Shown: positions 1 to 10,810, numbered from the stretch's first letter. The stretch is 64,000 nucleotides of DNA from Candidatus Multivoradales bacterium (GCA_965223325.1 CBDCWI010000001.1:480001-544000), one strand, 5' to 3'. The notes: generated by a model not told the origin, from the sequence alone. Made by a program: numbers and translations.

Positions 1-13
1 TCATCGACCCGGC

Positions 14-1867
14 CTAGCGACGACGCAACCGCGCTAGCACCAGTGGCCGCAGGTCGTCGAGCGGAATCGATCCTTCGGCGACCATCGCGTCGACGAAGTG
101 TTTCGTCCGGTAGGCGTCGCCGAGCTCTACTCTTGCAGCCTCGTCGATGCGCTGCACCTTCTGTTGGCCCAGCCAATAGCTGGTGATCTGCGGTGCCGAA
201 CTGATCGCCCGCGACCACATGTTGGCGGCAAAGTGCTGGTCCTGGAGCGCCTCGGTCTGGACAAACTCGAGCACTTCGTCGCGGCTCATATCCTCGGTAT
301 GGACGCGGATGTCGACGATCGTGCGCGCGATGTTCTCGAGCTGCTTCTTGAGGTGCGCCAGCCGATCGAGGGGTCCTCCCCAACCGGCATCGAGCATCAC
401 GATCTCGGAGTAGCTCCCCCAGCCTTCTGTCATCACGCCGTCGGAGAACAGGGCGCGCACCTTTCGCGGTGAGCGCGCCGCGACCTTGAGCTGCAGGTAG
501 TGGCCGGGGATCATCTCGTGGGCCGTGATCATGACGTTGAAGTGATGGTTGAAATCTCGAAAGAAGGCGCCGCGTTGTTCGTCGCTGAAGTCGGCCGGCG
601 GGGTCGGCAGGTAGAACAGGGTGTCGGCCTCCGGCGCCCAGGGGCCCGCCGGGTACACACCGCCCACGGCTTGTCCGCTGAAGAACTCGGGTGAAGCGCT
701 GGTCTTGACGGTCAGGGGATCGGGCAGAGTGACGATGTCGGTGCGCCTGGCAAACGCCTCGGCCTCGAGAAGTAGGGCGCGGTAGTCCTCGACGAACTCC
801 TCCACCGTTTCTGCGTGGTCCTCGCCGACCCGTTCGAAGAGCTCTTTGAGGACCTCACGATCAGGCATGTCACCGGGTGGTGCGCGATCGGGAAACACTT
901 CACTCCACACCGAGCGACCGTAATCTGCCGCACGACCCCGGGTTTCGAGAAGCGCTCCCTCGGCCACCTCGAGCACCCGCTCGACATCGGCAAAGCGCGG
1001 CAGCTCACCTGCGGCCGCTCCGATCTCAGCCAGCGGGTCACTGCCGTGGAGGAGCGTGAACAGGCGCTGGTAGTCGTTGCCGAGGCGAAGGGTGCCCTGG
1101 GCCTCTTCCTCGAGCTCACCCAGGCGTTCGACGAGGACCATGAGTGCTGCCGCAGCGGCCTCGCCGCCTACCCGCAACTGCGCTTCGAGCTCGCCACCCC
1201 CCGGGGAACCCTCTGCCCGCCAGGCGGCGAGAATGTCTCGATTCCACAGCGGCACTGCGTTGCGCGCCTGTCGCGCCGCTGAAGCGACGCGCTCAGGTGC
1301 CATCGACTGAGGCTCCCGGGCCAGCGCTACGAGGGCGCTTTCGACGAGCGCCGGCACGAGAGCGGCGCGCTTGGCGATCGAGTTGTAGCGTTGTTCGGCC
1401 GGAAGATCATGGCGGACGAGGAGGAAAACCGGAGCGTTCGAGAGCCGACCGGTCCAGAACGTCGGGTCGCGCTCGGGCTGTCTCCTCTGGCCCCACAGGA
1501 AGATCGTTCGTGAGGCCTGGCGCTCGACGAGGCGCGCATCGATAACCGAGGGATCTTCGGCTGCCAGCGACGACGGCGGCTGAAGCTCGAACGCATCGAG
1601 CCACTCCTGGTTGTAGCGCAGCCACTCGACCCTGGTTTCCTCGTCGAGAACTTCGAGTTGGTCATCGAAATCATGCCGACCAGCCGCCGTAGCGCGACTC
1701 GGAAACGTAGCGAAGTAGCGCTCGATGTAGCCCGTTACTAGTGAGTCGAGTGAGTCCGCGGCGCGCTCGGCGCCGATCCGCGGCTCGTCTCCCTTTCGGC
1801 AACCGAAGGACAGGACCAGCGTGACCAACAGAACCCCCAACACCCGCCAACGGTAGCGACTTCTCAC
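14..1867 (-). CDS. DUF885 family lipoprotein (putative metallopeptidase-like)
   Basis: 617 aa; lipobox-like SFGC; motifs HEMIPGHYLQ, EGWGSYSE, IVDIRVH and PQITSYWLG typical of DUF885. Confidence 0.85.
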   Translation of the reverse strand: MRSRYRWRVLGVLLVTLVLSFGCRKGDEPRIGAERAADSLDSLVTGYIERYFATFPSRATAAGRHDFDDQLEVLDEETRVEWLRYNQEWLDAFELQPPSSLAAEDPSVIDARLVERQASRTIFLWGQRRQPERDPTFWTGRLSNAPVFLLVRHDLPAEQRYNSIAKRAALVPALVESALVALAREPQSMAPERVASAARQARNAVPLWNRDILAAWRAEGSPGGGELEAQLRVGGEAAAAALMVLVERLGELEEEAQGTLRLGNDYQRLFTLLHGSDPLAEIGAAAGELPRFADVERVLEVAEGALLETRGRAADYGRSVWSEVFPDRAPPGDMPDREVLKELFERVGEDHAETVEEFVEDYRALLLEAEAFARRTDIVTLPDPLTVKTSASPEFFSGQAVGGVYPAGPWAPEADTLFYLPTPPADFSDEQRGAFFRDFNHHFNVMITAHEMIPGHYLQLKVAARSPRKVRALFSDGVMTEGWGSYSEIVMLDAGWGGPLDRLAHLKKQLENIARTIVDIRVHTEDMSRDEVLEFVQTEALQDQHFAANMWSRAISSAPQITSYWLGQQKVQRIDEAARVELGDAYRTKHFVDAMVAEGSIPLDDLRPLVLARLRRR

Positions 1868-2751
1868 TGGCCCTGGAACTCGGGTGCGCGCTTCTCGAGG
1901 AAGGCAGCCAGCCCCTCGCGAAAGTCCTGAGAGGCGAACAGGGGGAGTAGCTGAAGGTAGACATGATGCACATGATCCGGAAACTCTTCCGACAAGCCGG
2001 TGCGCATCATGCGCTTCGAAGCCTGCACTGCCAGCGGTGCATTGGCCGCGATATCGCCAGCGAGTGCGTAGGCCTCAGACATCAAGTCGTCGTGCGCGAC
2101 GACCCGATTGACCAGGCCCCACTCGAGGCTTTCGGCAGCGGTCAGGGTGCGCCCTGTGAACACCAGCTCCGACGCCTTCGCCCAGCCAAGAAGCCGTGGC
2201 AGGATCCAGGTGCCACCACTCTCGGGCAGCAGTCCGCGGCGGGTGAAGGCGGCGGCGAGCTTCGCCTTCTCGCTGGCGATCCTGATATCGCAGCCCATCG
2301 CCAGGTCGAGACCGTAGCCGGCCGCACCACCGTTCAAAGCACAAATCGTCGGCGTGTCGATCTCGTGAAGCACAACGGGTGGCGCGTTGCGCAAGTCAAG
2401 GGTTGCCGGGCTGGCACTGCCTTCTGAGCCGATCCCGGAACCGCTGGTTGCCTCTTCGATGTCGAGGCCGGCGCAAAACGCGCGGCCCGTCCCGGTGACA
2501 ACGATCACCCGCACCGACGGGTCGGCATCCGCCTCGAGCAGGCGCTCCGAGAACTGCTGGAGGAGGGCGCGCGAAATCGTGTTCATGCGCTTCGGACGGT
2601 TGAGCGTCAAGGTAGCGACATGGCCTCGGACGCCAAAGAGCAGCGGGTCTTCGGAGGCGGCGGCAGCGGCGGGTGGGGTCTCGATTCCGGCGGTCGTCTG
2701 GTTCATTGCGAGGGTGCTCCTGGCGCGCACTGAGTGCGCGTAGTCATTCAC
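1864..2751 (-). CDS. Enoyl-CoA hydratase/isomerase (crotonase) family protein
   Basis: LTLNRPKRMN, AFCAGLDI, ALNGGAAGYGLDLAMGCDIRIA, AFLEKRAPEFQG; start may be ATG 2706. Confidence 0.92.
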   Translation of the reverse strand: MNDYAHSVRARSTLAMNQTTAGIETPPAAAAASEDPLLFGVRGHVATLTLNRPKRMNTISRALLQQFSERLLEADADPSVRVIVVTGTGRAFCAGLDIEEATSGSGIGSEGSASPATLDLRNAPPVVLHEIDTPTICALNGGAAGYGLDLAMGCDIRIASEKAKLAAAFTRRGLLPESGGTWILPRLLGWAKASELVFTGRTLTAAESLEWGLVNRVVAHDDLMSEAYALAGDIAANAPLAVQASKRMMRTGLSEEFPDHVHHVYLQLLPLFASQDFREGLAAFLEKRAPEFQGQ

Positions 2752-2815
2752 GGGTGGCTTCGGAACCAGCCTACCGCCTCGCGCCCGCCGAGACCCCGCC
2801 CGGAACTGGGTCGCT

Positions 2816-4561
2816 TCAAGCCGAGCGTGGGTTCAGGCGTTCGGCCGCGTCATCCGGTGGTTTTGCGGTGACGGTTGCCGCCGGCCCCCTCGGAAGCCAT
2901 AAGCTGAACCGCGTCCCGCGCCCGGGTTCCGACTCGACCGTCAGTCGACCGTCATGTCGGCGCAAGATCGACGCCGAAGTCGCCAGGCCGAGACCACTGC
3001 CTCGATGTTTGGTCGAGTAGTACGGCTCGAGCACATGCCCGAGGTGCTGCGGGTCGATTCCGGGGCCATCGTCGCGCACCGTGAGGCGATAGTAGGAAGT
3101 GGCGGGGAGCGAATCGGGGGGCTCGTCGCTGGTTTCGATCGCGATTTCCACCGTTCCGCCGCCGGGCATCGCCTCGAGGGCGTTGACCAACAGATTGATC
3201 AGCACCTGCTCGATCTGGCCAGCATCGACCTCGACCAACGGTTCGGTTTCGGACTCCTTGAAAACGACACGGACCCGCGACCCCCGCAAAACCAGTTGAG
3301 TGGCCTGATACGCCAGCTGTTCGAGGTTGACGCGTTCACGTACCGGCGCCGAACCACGGGCGAAGTTCGACAGCTGTTCGGCGAGCCCTTTAGCGCGCAG
3401 CGTGGCACCTTCGACCTCACGCAGCGAACGCTCGAACGTCTCCCGATCGTGATCGAACCGGCGCAGGATCTCGAGGTTGGCCACCACCGCGGTGAGCACG
3501 TTGCGAAAGTCGTGCGCGACGCCACCTGCGATCAGAGAAAGACTGTGAAGGCGCTCGGCCCGCAGCTGAGCGTCAACCGCCTCACGCTCCTTCGAAACGT
3601 CTCGCAGAGCCACCAGGAACCCGACATCGTTCTCGAGCGGGCGACAGAGCAGTTCGAGGTCGCGCTCTGAGCCGCCCTGTTCAATGCGCCTGATGCGCAG
3701 CGGTCGCTGGCAGTCTCCGAGCGTCAGGCCGTCGAGAATCGAAGGCCCAAGCAGACTTTGTAGGGACTTACCGATGGCTTCGTTCTCTTCGAGACCGAGG
3801 AGTTCCTCGAGTCCCGAATTGGCCTCCAGCACCCGCGCTTCTTCATCGAGGCGCGCAAGTCCGTCGAAAGCCGTCTCGAGCAGTCCTACGTAGCGGGCGC
3901 GACTGGTCTGGAGCGCACGTCGGTCGCTCTTGCGAAAGAGATCGTGCAGGAGCACCGCCAGAATGATCGAGCCGGCAGCGAAGGTCATGTCGAACAACAC
4001 GTCGAACGGTCGCTCGAGAGAGCCGGCCGGAGCTCTCCATGCCACCACCCCCGCCATCGCCACGCTGGCGATTGCCAGCGCCACCGCCATCCAGCGCGGC
4101 AGCACCACCGCCGCGAGCACCAGGAGGCCGACGACCACGATCAAGCTCGACTGGAAGTCACCGAGCTCACCGCCCCTGATCGCCAGCCAACCAACCACCA
4201 GAAAGCCCACCGCTCCGGAAACCCGATACCAGCGCGTGCGACTGAGCGTGAAGCAGAGCGCAACGACCGCGAACGCACCAAAGACGCCAAGGAGATGGCC
4301 GCCTTGGACCGAGGGCTCGAGCAGCCAGGTATAGGGAACCGAGACCACTAGCCCCCAGATGCCAATCGCCAGCAGGACCGCACTCACCAGCTCGGCTTGA
4401 AGGCGCTGGCGAGGATCGAGAATCTGTGCCGATGGCCGCACGAACCGTCGCAGAGCGCGTTGGAGGTTCCGCTCTGAACGATGTTCGTCTTGTTGCCGGT
4501 GTTCTTGCGGGTGACTGTCCCGTTCCTGATCAGTCTCCGCCGAAACCAGGGTCTTGGTCAT
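2816..4561 (-). CDS. Membrane PAS-domain sensor histidine kinase (no cognate regulator in view)
   Basis: N-terminal TM helices, PAS-like segment, H-box AHDFRNVL, N-box QVLINLLVNA, DDGPGI, EPYYSTK, GSGLGL. Confidence 0.9.
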   Translation of the reverse strand: MTKTLVSAETDQERDSHPQEHRQQDEHRSERNLQRALRRFVRPSAQILDPRQRLQAELVSAVLLAIGIWGLVVSVPYTWLLEPSVQGGHLLGVFGAFAVVALCFTLSRTRWYRVSGAVGFLVVGWLAIRGGELGDFQSSLIVVVGLLVLAAVVLPRWMAVALAIASVAMAGVVAWRAPAGSLERPFDVLFDMTFAAGSIILAVLLHDLFRKSDRRALQTSRARYVGLLETAFDGLARLDEEARVLEANSGLEELLGLEENEAIGKSLQSLLGPSILDGLTLGDCQRPLRIRRIEQGGSERDLELLCRPLENDVGFLVALRDVSKEREAVDAQLRAERLHSLSLIAGGVAHDFRNVLTAVVANLEILRRFDHDRETFERSLREVEGATLRAKGLAEQLSNFARGSAPVRERVNLEQLAYQATQLVLRGSRVRVVFKESETEPLVEVDAGQIEQVLINLLVNALEAMPGGGTVEIAIETSDEPPDSLPATSYYRLTVRDDGPGIDPQHLGHVLEPYYSTKHRGSGLGLATSASILRRHDGRLTVESEPGRGTRFSLWLPRGPAATVTAKPPDDAAERLNPRSA

Positions 4562-5258
4562 GAGGTGCCTATGCCCACGCGTTATTGACCACGCCGTCCA
4601 TCCGGCTTCTCAGGGAATGGGTCCTACGGCTCGGGTCTTTCCGCTCTTGAAATGTCGGAGAAGAATTGCTGGAGGAATGAAGTTCGCTAACGGTTATTGA
4701 GCAAGGGCCGTGCCAGCCATCCTCAGGCGAAGGTGCTCTCTTCTGCGCCGTCGCGGTACATTCTTCGTGCGGAACGCGTCAACCTGAACCCGCTAGCCGG
4801 TTCGAGTGACTTGCACTCAGCCCGGACGAATGGAGGCAACATGCAAAACACCATGCGCACTCTTCTGGCTCTCTTCATCGCCTCGATATGTGCCGCGCCC
4901 ATGCTGGCGGCCAATCCAGAGTTCGAAGGGATCTGGACGATTGATCTCGAGCGAAGCGATGGAATGGGGCCAGAAGAGCTCAAAATCGACAACACCATCG
5001 AGCTCACCCTCGACGGCGAGAACATCAACGTCAAGCGCACCTTCAAAGCCAACGGGCAAACCGGAGAGATCGACTGGGTGTTTGTCACCGACGGCAAAGC
5101 CCATCTCATCCCTGGCTTTCGAAACGAGCGCAACGCGCGCACGAAATGGAGGAAAAACAAACTGACGGTTGGCTACACCATGTCTCGACAAACCCCGCGC
5201 GGTTCCTTTGATCTTGACGTCACCGAGCAGTGAAAGATCAACAAGAAGGGCGAACTCG
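4109..5258 (+). repeat. Left copy of ~1.15 kb direct repeat (pairs with 20972-22141)
   Basis: Homology starts at CGCCGCGAG (4109/20972) and ends at AAGGGCGAACTCG (5258/22141); covers 5' of kinase gene, divergent intergenic region and 5' of secreted-protein gene. Confidence 0.95.
4841..5258 (+). pseudogene. Truncated copy of secreted beta-barrel/lipocalin-like protein gene (intact copy 21724-22212)
   Basis: Near-identical to the right copy but TGG (Trp) is TGA at 5231-5233 and homology ends at 5258. Confidence 0.88.
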
Positions 5259-5669
5259 CGGCGTGCCGCGCACGGTAGGGGGTAAGTTTTCACGGCATCG
5301 CTGACGTAGGCGCCGCGCCGAAAGCCAGAGCTCTCCATCAGCCTCCTCCAGGACCTCGAGGGGTTGTCGCGAGGGCAGAAACCTCGCCTTCGCCACCCCT
5401 CAACCTCGGCACTCCGCCCGAAAGACGCAGCTCCGCCATCGCACCAGTAGGTGCGTCCCCCTCAACCTCGTCAACCACCTCATAGCCGGCGGCCCGGATC
5501 GTCAGGGACCCCCGCGTGCACCCGGCCCAGGCACTTCCAAGGCCACAAACGGCAGCGGGCTGGGAAGGTCCGGGGCGGAAACCGCGCCTCCAAGTCACCA
5601 CTCCACAGAAGATCCCGTGCCGCGCGATGCGACCGTTGGGCCGGTGGCGAGGCGTGGTCAGGCCGGTTT

Positions 5670-6227
5670 TAGTTCTTCTGCCCCATGCGGCTGACCTACG
5701 CACCCTAGGGTCTGCGCGCAACCAAGCCATCCTTCCTGGGCGCAGGACTTCGCGTCTCGGAGCTCGCCGCCCTCCGGTTGAGTGATGTTCGAGATGACAG
5801 CGAAGGCGGCGCGTTGCTGAGGGTCCAGGGTAAAGGTGGAAAGGGCCGGCTCGTTCCACTCGCTGAAGGCGTCCTTGCTTCGATCGACGGCTACCTCGGA
5901 TCGTCTGGACGAAGACGCGGCAAGGGACAGCGTGGGCCGCTCTTTCTGCCCGAAGACCGCGGCGCGACTGGGAGACCGCTTGCCGCCCTCACGACCCGCG
6001 GCATCAGGAAGGTCATCAACACCGCTGCCGGGTCCGCGGGGATTCAGGGTAAGAGCGTCTCCCCCCACGCCCTGCGACATTCCTTCGCAGTTTGGGCCCT
6101 TCGAGAAGGCGCCAACATCGAACAGCTACGACGCCTCCTCGGTCACTCCACGATCCAGACCACGAAGCGCTATCTGGACCACCTCGAACTCGGCGAGCTC
6201 CGCGAAGCGTTGCCCGAACTCCCTTGA
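5670..6227 (+). pseudogene. Tyrosine recombinase/integrase, catalytic C-terminal fragment
   Basis: GLRVSEL (in frame upstream of 5778), QGKGGK, HALRHSFA, LLGHSTIQTTKRY; RNQAIL lies in another frame near 5720; no N-terminal SAM-like domain; start approximate. Confidence 0.85.
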
Positions 6228-6386
6228 GGCCCCTCACCGACAGATTGGATCCTACAAACCAGCACCTAAGTAGATCACGAGGCTATGCGCCATGCGCGAT
6301 TCGAAACGACTCGCCCTGCCGAGCTGGGCACCCAGCGCGCCAACTACGTCCTTCTCCGGCAACCCTCTGGCACCATCCGGTAGCCA

Positions 6387-6896
6387 TCATTCCGGCGTCT
6401 CGTCTTCGCTCGTCGTAAGAACAACTTCCTCGATTGTTCCTGTCGCCTTCGATCCTTCCCACACGCGAATCGTGACTCGCCCGACGATCACGAAGAACAG
6501 CGCGTCGCACTCAATCGCTGAGTGCTTCAGGATGTGCCGCCAGTTCTTCAGATCTCGGGCCGACGGCGTAGGGTCATCCTCCGGATGCGTGTGCCACTCG
6601 CCGAGGTAGTTCTGCGTTTGACCCGACTCGGACCACGCTTTCACCACTCGCTTCTGAGCAGGGCGTCTAGCCCGGAAGAATGAGAACCGACCGCGGCGGT
6701 CCTCAGTACAGGGAACCGTCACGGCGTCGATCACGACATCGTTGCAGTTCTCTATCAAGCGCCCGATGAGGATGCCTCCGGCTTCTTTCGAGTCTCTGCC
6801 GAGCTGCCGGAACCTATCGAACACCGCCATCGCGCCTGTACCGAGCTGAACCTGGCAGCCTCTCGCCGCTCGGCGGAATCTCAATCCGCCCGGCAT
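6387..6896 (-). CDS. cap3: CBASS Cap3-type JAB/Mov34 isopeptidase
   Basis: EAGGILIG and YLGEWHTHPEDDPTPSARD JAB motif; ATG at 6896 overlaps end of cap2. Confidence 0.9.
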   Translation of the reverse strand: MPGGLRFRRAARGCQVQLGTGAMAVFDRFRQLGRDSKEAGGILIGRLIENCNDVVIDAVTVPCTEDRRGRFSFFRARRPAQKRVVKAWSESGQTQNYLGEWHTHPEDDPTPSARDLKNWRHILKHSAIECDALFFVIVGRVTIRVWEGSKATGTIEEVVLTTSEDETPE

Positions 6897-8644
6897 ACGT
6901 CGCAGTCCGACTGATAAAAGCAAGTCTCTTCCGCGCGGTGCGTCTCTCGCAGCTCTTCCCCACGTCGAGAAAGTGTGAAGCCGCCTGACAGGAAATGTCT
7001 TTCGTCGCTCGCCGACCACGTGACCAACCGCGGTGACGGGCCCGCCATGGCGCGTAGGGCTTGGCGCGTAGTTTCGACAGCAGCCTGGTGAGCGTCGATG
7101 GCACCGAAAGGAGTGAACGTCCCGGCGCAGCCTCCGAGGGTACGCGAAAACTCCTGCCCCGGAGCCGCCAAACTCGCCATGTTGAGGAGCCCGTGCTCCT
7201 CGTCGCGCCTGAAGAGGCACGAAAAGCAACCGCGTCCCACTCCGATCGAAAGCACGTGTCCACCAAGGCCCAGCGGTTCGAGCCAGGCGTGGAGTCGAGG
7301 GGCGTTCGGCCTGTTGGCAGCGAAGTACCGATCGAGTACACGCTCCAGCGTCTCGTCTCCGAGCGCGATCACAACCAGGTCGCAATCGCACACGAGGCCT
7401 GGACTCTCCAAGAGCACTGTTTGGATCTTCTCGTGTGCCGCTTCGAACTCCGTGTGCGGAAACCGGCTCGACAGGACGCTGCTGAGCGCCTTCGCCTTTG
7501 AATGTCCGATCAGGGACGCGCCGAGTACATGGCGGTGTACGTTGCCACCGTCGAGGCTCTCCTGGTCCACGAGAACCAGGCGCCCGAATCCGCTTTCGGC
7601 GAGAAGGGAGGCGGCGTGAGAACCCACCGAACCACAGCCGACCACGGCGACGGACCTCTCATGGAGGGTAAGGTCCGCCCCCCCTCTTTCCAGCAGGAAG
7701 CCGGCGTCCACCCGCGACACATCCCAACGGTTGACCGGCTCGTCGAGCGCAACCGCATGGCGGCGCCAGTTGGGCACCGTCTGGGGTCGGAATCCTCGCT
7801 GGGCCATCCTTTCTGCCGTGCCTCCGAGCTTGGGCACCTCGGCTGCAAAGACGACATCGTGCGCTTCACCGAGCGGCGCCGAGAACATTAGAAGGCTCGG
7901 TGGCCCGTGGGCCTTTAGCCACTGTTCGACCGCACTCTGAACGTCTGCTTCCGCATGAGCGGCGACGAGCCCTAACAGCGAGCGCAAGGTGACGCGCTCG
8001 CCGAAGGCCGGCGGCGAGAAAAGCGTGACCAACCTAACTAGGTACCCACGACGCTGTTTGCCGAGGCGGCACCCGGTCTTCTCTGCCCAGCTTTCTGCCG
8101 CCTCTCTGTCGGGAGCCACCAGAGACTTAGAAAGTCGTCCTATTAGTTCGATTGAGACAACCTCTCCAGAGGTTTGTCGTGGAGCAAGAACCGAGAGCAC
8201 GTCCTGCGCACCCTCGTCGGGCCAGTACGATAGGAACTCATCCTGAATGTCTTTCTGCTGCTGCTCCTCGCTCCTCTCGAACAGAATGTCGGCAGCCAGC
8301 TGGAGCGCATCGCGGACGACCGCCTCCGGCCTGGAGCTGTCGATCAGAGCAGATGATTCTTGGGCGAGGCACAGCTTGCCGGAGCGCTCAAGGTGGGCGC
8401 GCACCCGGGAGTCAGAACGCGCAAGCACTTCGACTCGAGGAAGACAGTCCGGGAAATCGGCTGGGAAGACGACCCTCAGCTCTGCCCACCGCTCAGCGGT
8501 GGAGTCTCCGATTCGCCCGACGAACGCGCCATCCCCCGCTTTCTTGAACGCGCGTTCCGTGAGGAACTCTCTAGCCCGCTGTGTAGCGGCCTCTCGCTCT
8601 TCCTTCATCTGCTGGTCGAGTGTGCGGGGCCGTGCGGGAGTCAC
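6881..8644 (-). CDS. cap2: CBASS Cap2-type E2/E1 (UBC-like + ThiF) protein
   Basis: N-terminal FPADFPDCLP..AHLERSGKLCL E2-like domain; ThiF VAVVGCGSVGS, LVDQE, NVHRH; downstream of CD-NTase. Confidence 0.9.
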   Translation of the reverse strand: MTPARPRTLDQQMKEEREAATQRAREFLTERAFKKAGDGAFVGRIGDSTAERWAELRVVFPADFPDCLPRVEVLARSDSRVRAHLERSGKLCLAQESSALIDSSRPEAVVRDALQLAADILFERSEEQQQKDIQDEFLSYWPDEGAQDVLSVLAPRQTSGEVVSIELIGRLSKSLVAPDREAAESWAEKTGCRLGKQRRGYLVRLVTLFSPPAFGERVTLRSLLGLVAAHAEADVQSAVEQWLKAHGPPSLLMFSAPLGEAHDVVFAAEVPKLGGTAERMAQRGFRPQTVPNWRRHAVALDEPVNRWDVSRVDAGFLLERGGADLTLHERSVAVVGCGSVGSHAASLLAESGFGRLVLVDQESLDGGNVHRHVLGASLIGHSKAKALSSVLSSRFPHTEFEAAHEKIQTVLLESPGLVCDCDLVVIALGDETLERVLDRYFAANRPNAPRLHAWLEPLGLGGHVLSIGVGRGCFSCLFRRDEEHGLLNMASLAAPGQEFSRTLGGCAGTFTPFGAIDAHQAAVETTRQALRAMAGPSPRLVTWSASDERHFLSGGFTLSRRGEELRETHRAEETCFYQSDCDVCRAD

Positions 8645-8651
8645 CCGACGC

Positions 8652-9650
8652 CTACGCGGACGTGCTTGAGATAGTGACAGCGGGTGCCGCGGTCTTCTTA
8701 GCCGTTCTCTCTGGCTTGGGGACGGGGAAGTCCTCTCCGAAGACCTCTCTTAGCTTTTCACATGCCTCGACCGGGTCCGCCGTCTCGCCCGCGAACTGAA
8801 GGGAGTCGGCCAGCGCCGCCAAGTCCGACTTGAACTCGTTCATCTGCCTTTCCGTCAGCCGACGGAACATCTCCTCGAATTCCGGCGTCGGCTTCGGCGC
8901 CGTGACGCGCCCAACGGTCTGGGAGACCCGTCGTGTGAAGTCTTGAAGGGAGACGCGGTCGTCGGACCGGCCGTCGAGGAAAGACCTCCTTGTGAGCTGA
9001 CGCTGCACGGCAAGGAGGACGTAGGCAAGTCCAGCGGGCTTCTCTTCCGCTTCGATCGGAATACGCCTGTCGTTCCATCTCCGCAGGCAACGAATAGCAC
9101 GGCGGAACTGGTCGGTCTTTGTCGCGGAATCTTCGGTGCCTGCGAAGTACCGCGTTCGGTACTCGTCGATGTACTTGACAAGCCCTGGAGGGTCAGCCTC
9201 TCGCCAACCCTTCGTCTTGTGCGCCAGGTGGTAGAGCATGAGGCCCGGCGTTTCCTCGTCTTCGACGTGTGCATAGACCACGAAGTCCAGATGGTATCCC
9301 GCCTCGTAAACGACGCGAATGCATGGGCCTTTGTCGGCGACCTTCTTCGTGTGTCCCTCCACGGCCTCGAGCACCCAGCTTCGCACTTCCTTGGCCGGGT
9401 AGTCCTCCGGCTTGAGGTTGAAGCGCAGCCCGACGTCCATGTCGTACTCGAGCGCGCCGATGGGCTTGGCGCCTGTCTTCATCTTGTAGCTTCCCTGAAG
9501 AAGCACCGTGAAGGAGTGCCCTTTCTCCTCGAGGTGCTTTCGCACTTTGCCAACGAGAAGGTCTCGCTTCTCGCGAAGTTCGTCCGCCATGCCATAGTCG
9601 ACGCGGATTCTCTCGTGGAACTGCTCGAACTGCTTCTGCACATCAGCCAT
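8652..9650 (-). CDS. CD-NTase (cGAS/DncV-like, SMODS) cyclic oligonucleotide synthase
   Basis: QGSYKMKT..EYDMDVG, GPCIRVVY, YHLDFVVY; C-terminal tail ending SSTSA; ATG 9650 overlaps patatin stop. Confidence 0.92.
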   Translation of the reverse strand: MADVQKQFEQFHERIRVDYGMADELREKRDLLVGKVRKHLEEKGHSFTVLLQGSYKMKTGAKPIGALEYDMDVGLRFNLKPEDYPAKEVRSWVLEAVEGHTKKVADKGPCIRVVYEAGYHLDFVVYAHVEDEETPGLMLYHLAHKTKGWREADPPGLVKYIDEYRTRYFAGTEDSATKTDQFRRAIRCLRRWNDRRIPIEAEEKPAGLAYVLLAVQRQLTRRSFLDGRSDDRVSLQDFTRRVSQTVGRVTAPKPTPEFEEMFRRLTERQMNEFKSDLAALADSLQFAGETADPVEACEKLREVFGEDFPVPKPERTAKKTAAPAVTISSTSA

Positions 9651-10624
9651 CTCCCGACTCCTCCAGGATGAGTGGTTTGAGTCGAGCTCGGGTCTCGTTC
9701 GACATCGCTTCTTCGTGCCCCAAGCTCTCAAGGTCTTTCGTGGACTCATCCGTCGCGGAGTCCATTTCCAATCGATGAAAGTTTGTCATCGCCACGCGCT
9801 CGTATCGTGGCGCACCGTCTTCTCCATAGCTCTTCACAATCCGTTCAAGTAACTGATGGGCCATGTTCGAGTTCGAGTCCATCAGGATGTCGGGAAGCCT
9901 CTTTCGCCACGCCCACAAGCTGCGGTCTAGCGGCGGCCGGGTAGCGGTTTGCTCGGACAGGTTCTTTCGCGGCGTCGAGACAGAAAGCACTCGGACATCT
10001 CGCGGCGCAGCCGCGAGCTCCGAGATGGCCTCCGTGTATCCCAGGAGCGCGGGGTGGTTTGCAACGACGCCCCCGTCGCAGAATGCGGCTGTGACTCCGT
10101 CTCTTGGATTCGTCACTTCGACCAATGGAAAGTACGTCGGCGCAGCAGCGCTCGCCATCGCCACGTCGACCAGGGAGAGTTCGGCGTCGCGCGTCAGATT
10201 CGGTGAGTGGTTCGTCTTGAACAGACGCGGCTGACCGGCTGTGACGTTGAACGCGGTAGCGATGACCGACTTGCCCTTGCGCTCTAGGTCGCCGAGAGTC
10301 TTGTCGCCGAACTCCTGCGTGAGCGCCTCCCTTAAAGGCTCGCCATCGTACTTGGCTCGGAAGATCGAACCGCCGAAGGTTCTCCGCTGACCGAACACCT
10401 TCGGTCCCAGCTTCTTGTACAGCCCGACGAGTTCTTCGCCAGACCGCCCGTCGGCAAGCCCTAGAGCCAAGATCGCACCGGTGCTCGTTCCGACGAATAG
10501 GTCGAACCGATCGCTTAGCGCGACTTTGAAGTGCGTCTCGATCCCTCGAATGAACGCGGCCGTAGCGAGGCCGAGATACCCGCCTCCATCCAAGCTCAGA
10601 ACACGAATCGTCTTCCCCTTCCAC
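9643..10624 (-). CDS. capV: CBASS patatin-like phospholipase effector (CapV-like); apparent +1 frameshift in G4 run just after start
   Basis: IRVLSLDGGG, GTSTG nucleophile elbow, DGGVVANHP; AGGA then GTG at 10624 joins the frame if one base of CCCC 10615-10618 is removed. Confidence 0.85.
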
Positions 10625-10810
10625 TTCGATTCCTACCATCGGAGCGGCAGCGAGTCCCGCCCTCCTTCGAAGGGGCATCGGCGGCCCCCAGGGGCTCAGC
10701 GAGCTTCTTCTCTTCGTTTGGTGGGAATCGACTCGAGGTGGACCTCGACCTCCACCCGTCGGCCCACGCACCCGTCTCAGACCCAGCAGTCTCGGGTCCT
10801 TCGGCATGGG

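Noticed and set aside
5260-5670. tRNA or short att site at the island's left end; CCCCTCAACCTCG repeated at ~5396 and ~5458
   Set aside because: No cloverleaf seen; the 13-bp repeat has no partner at the other island end
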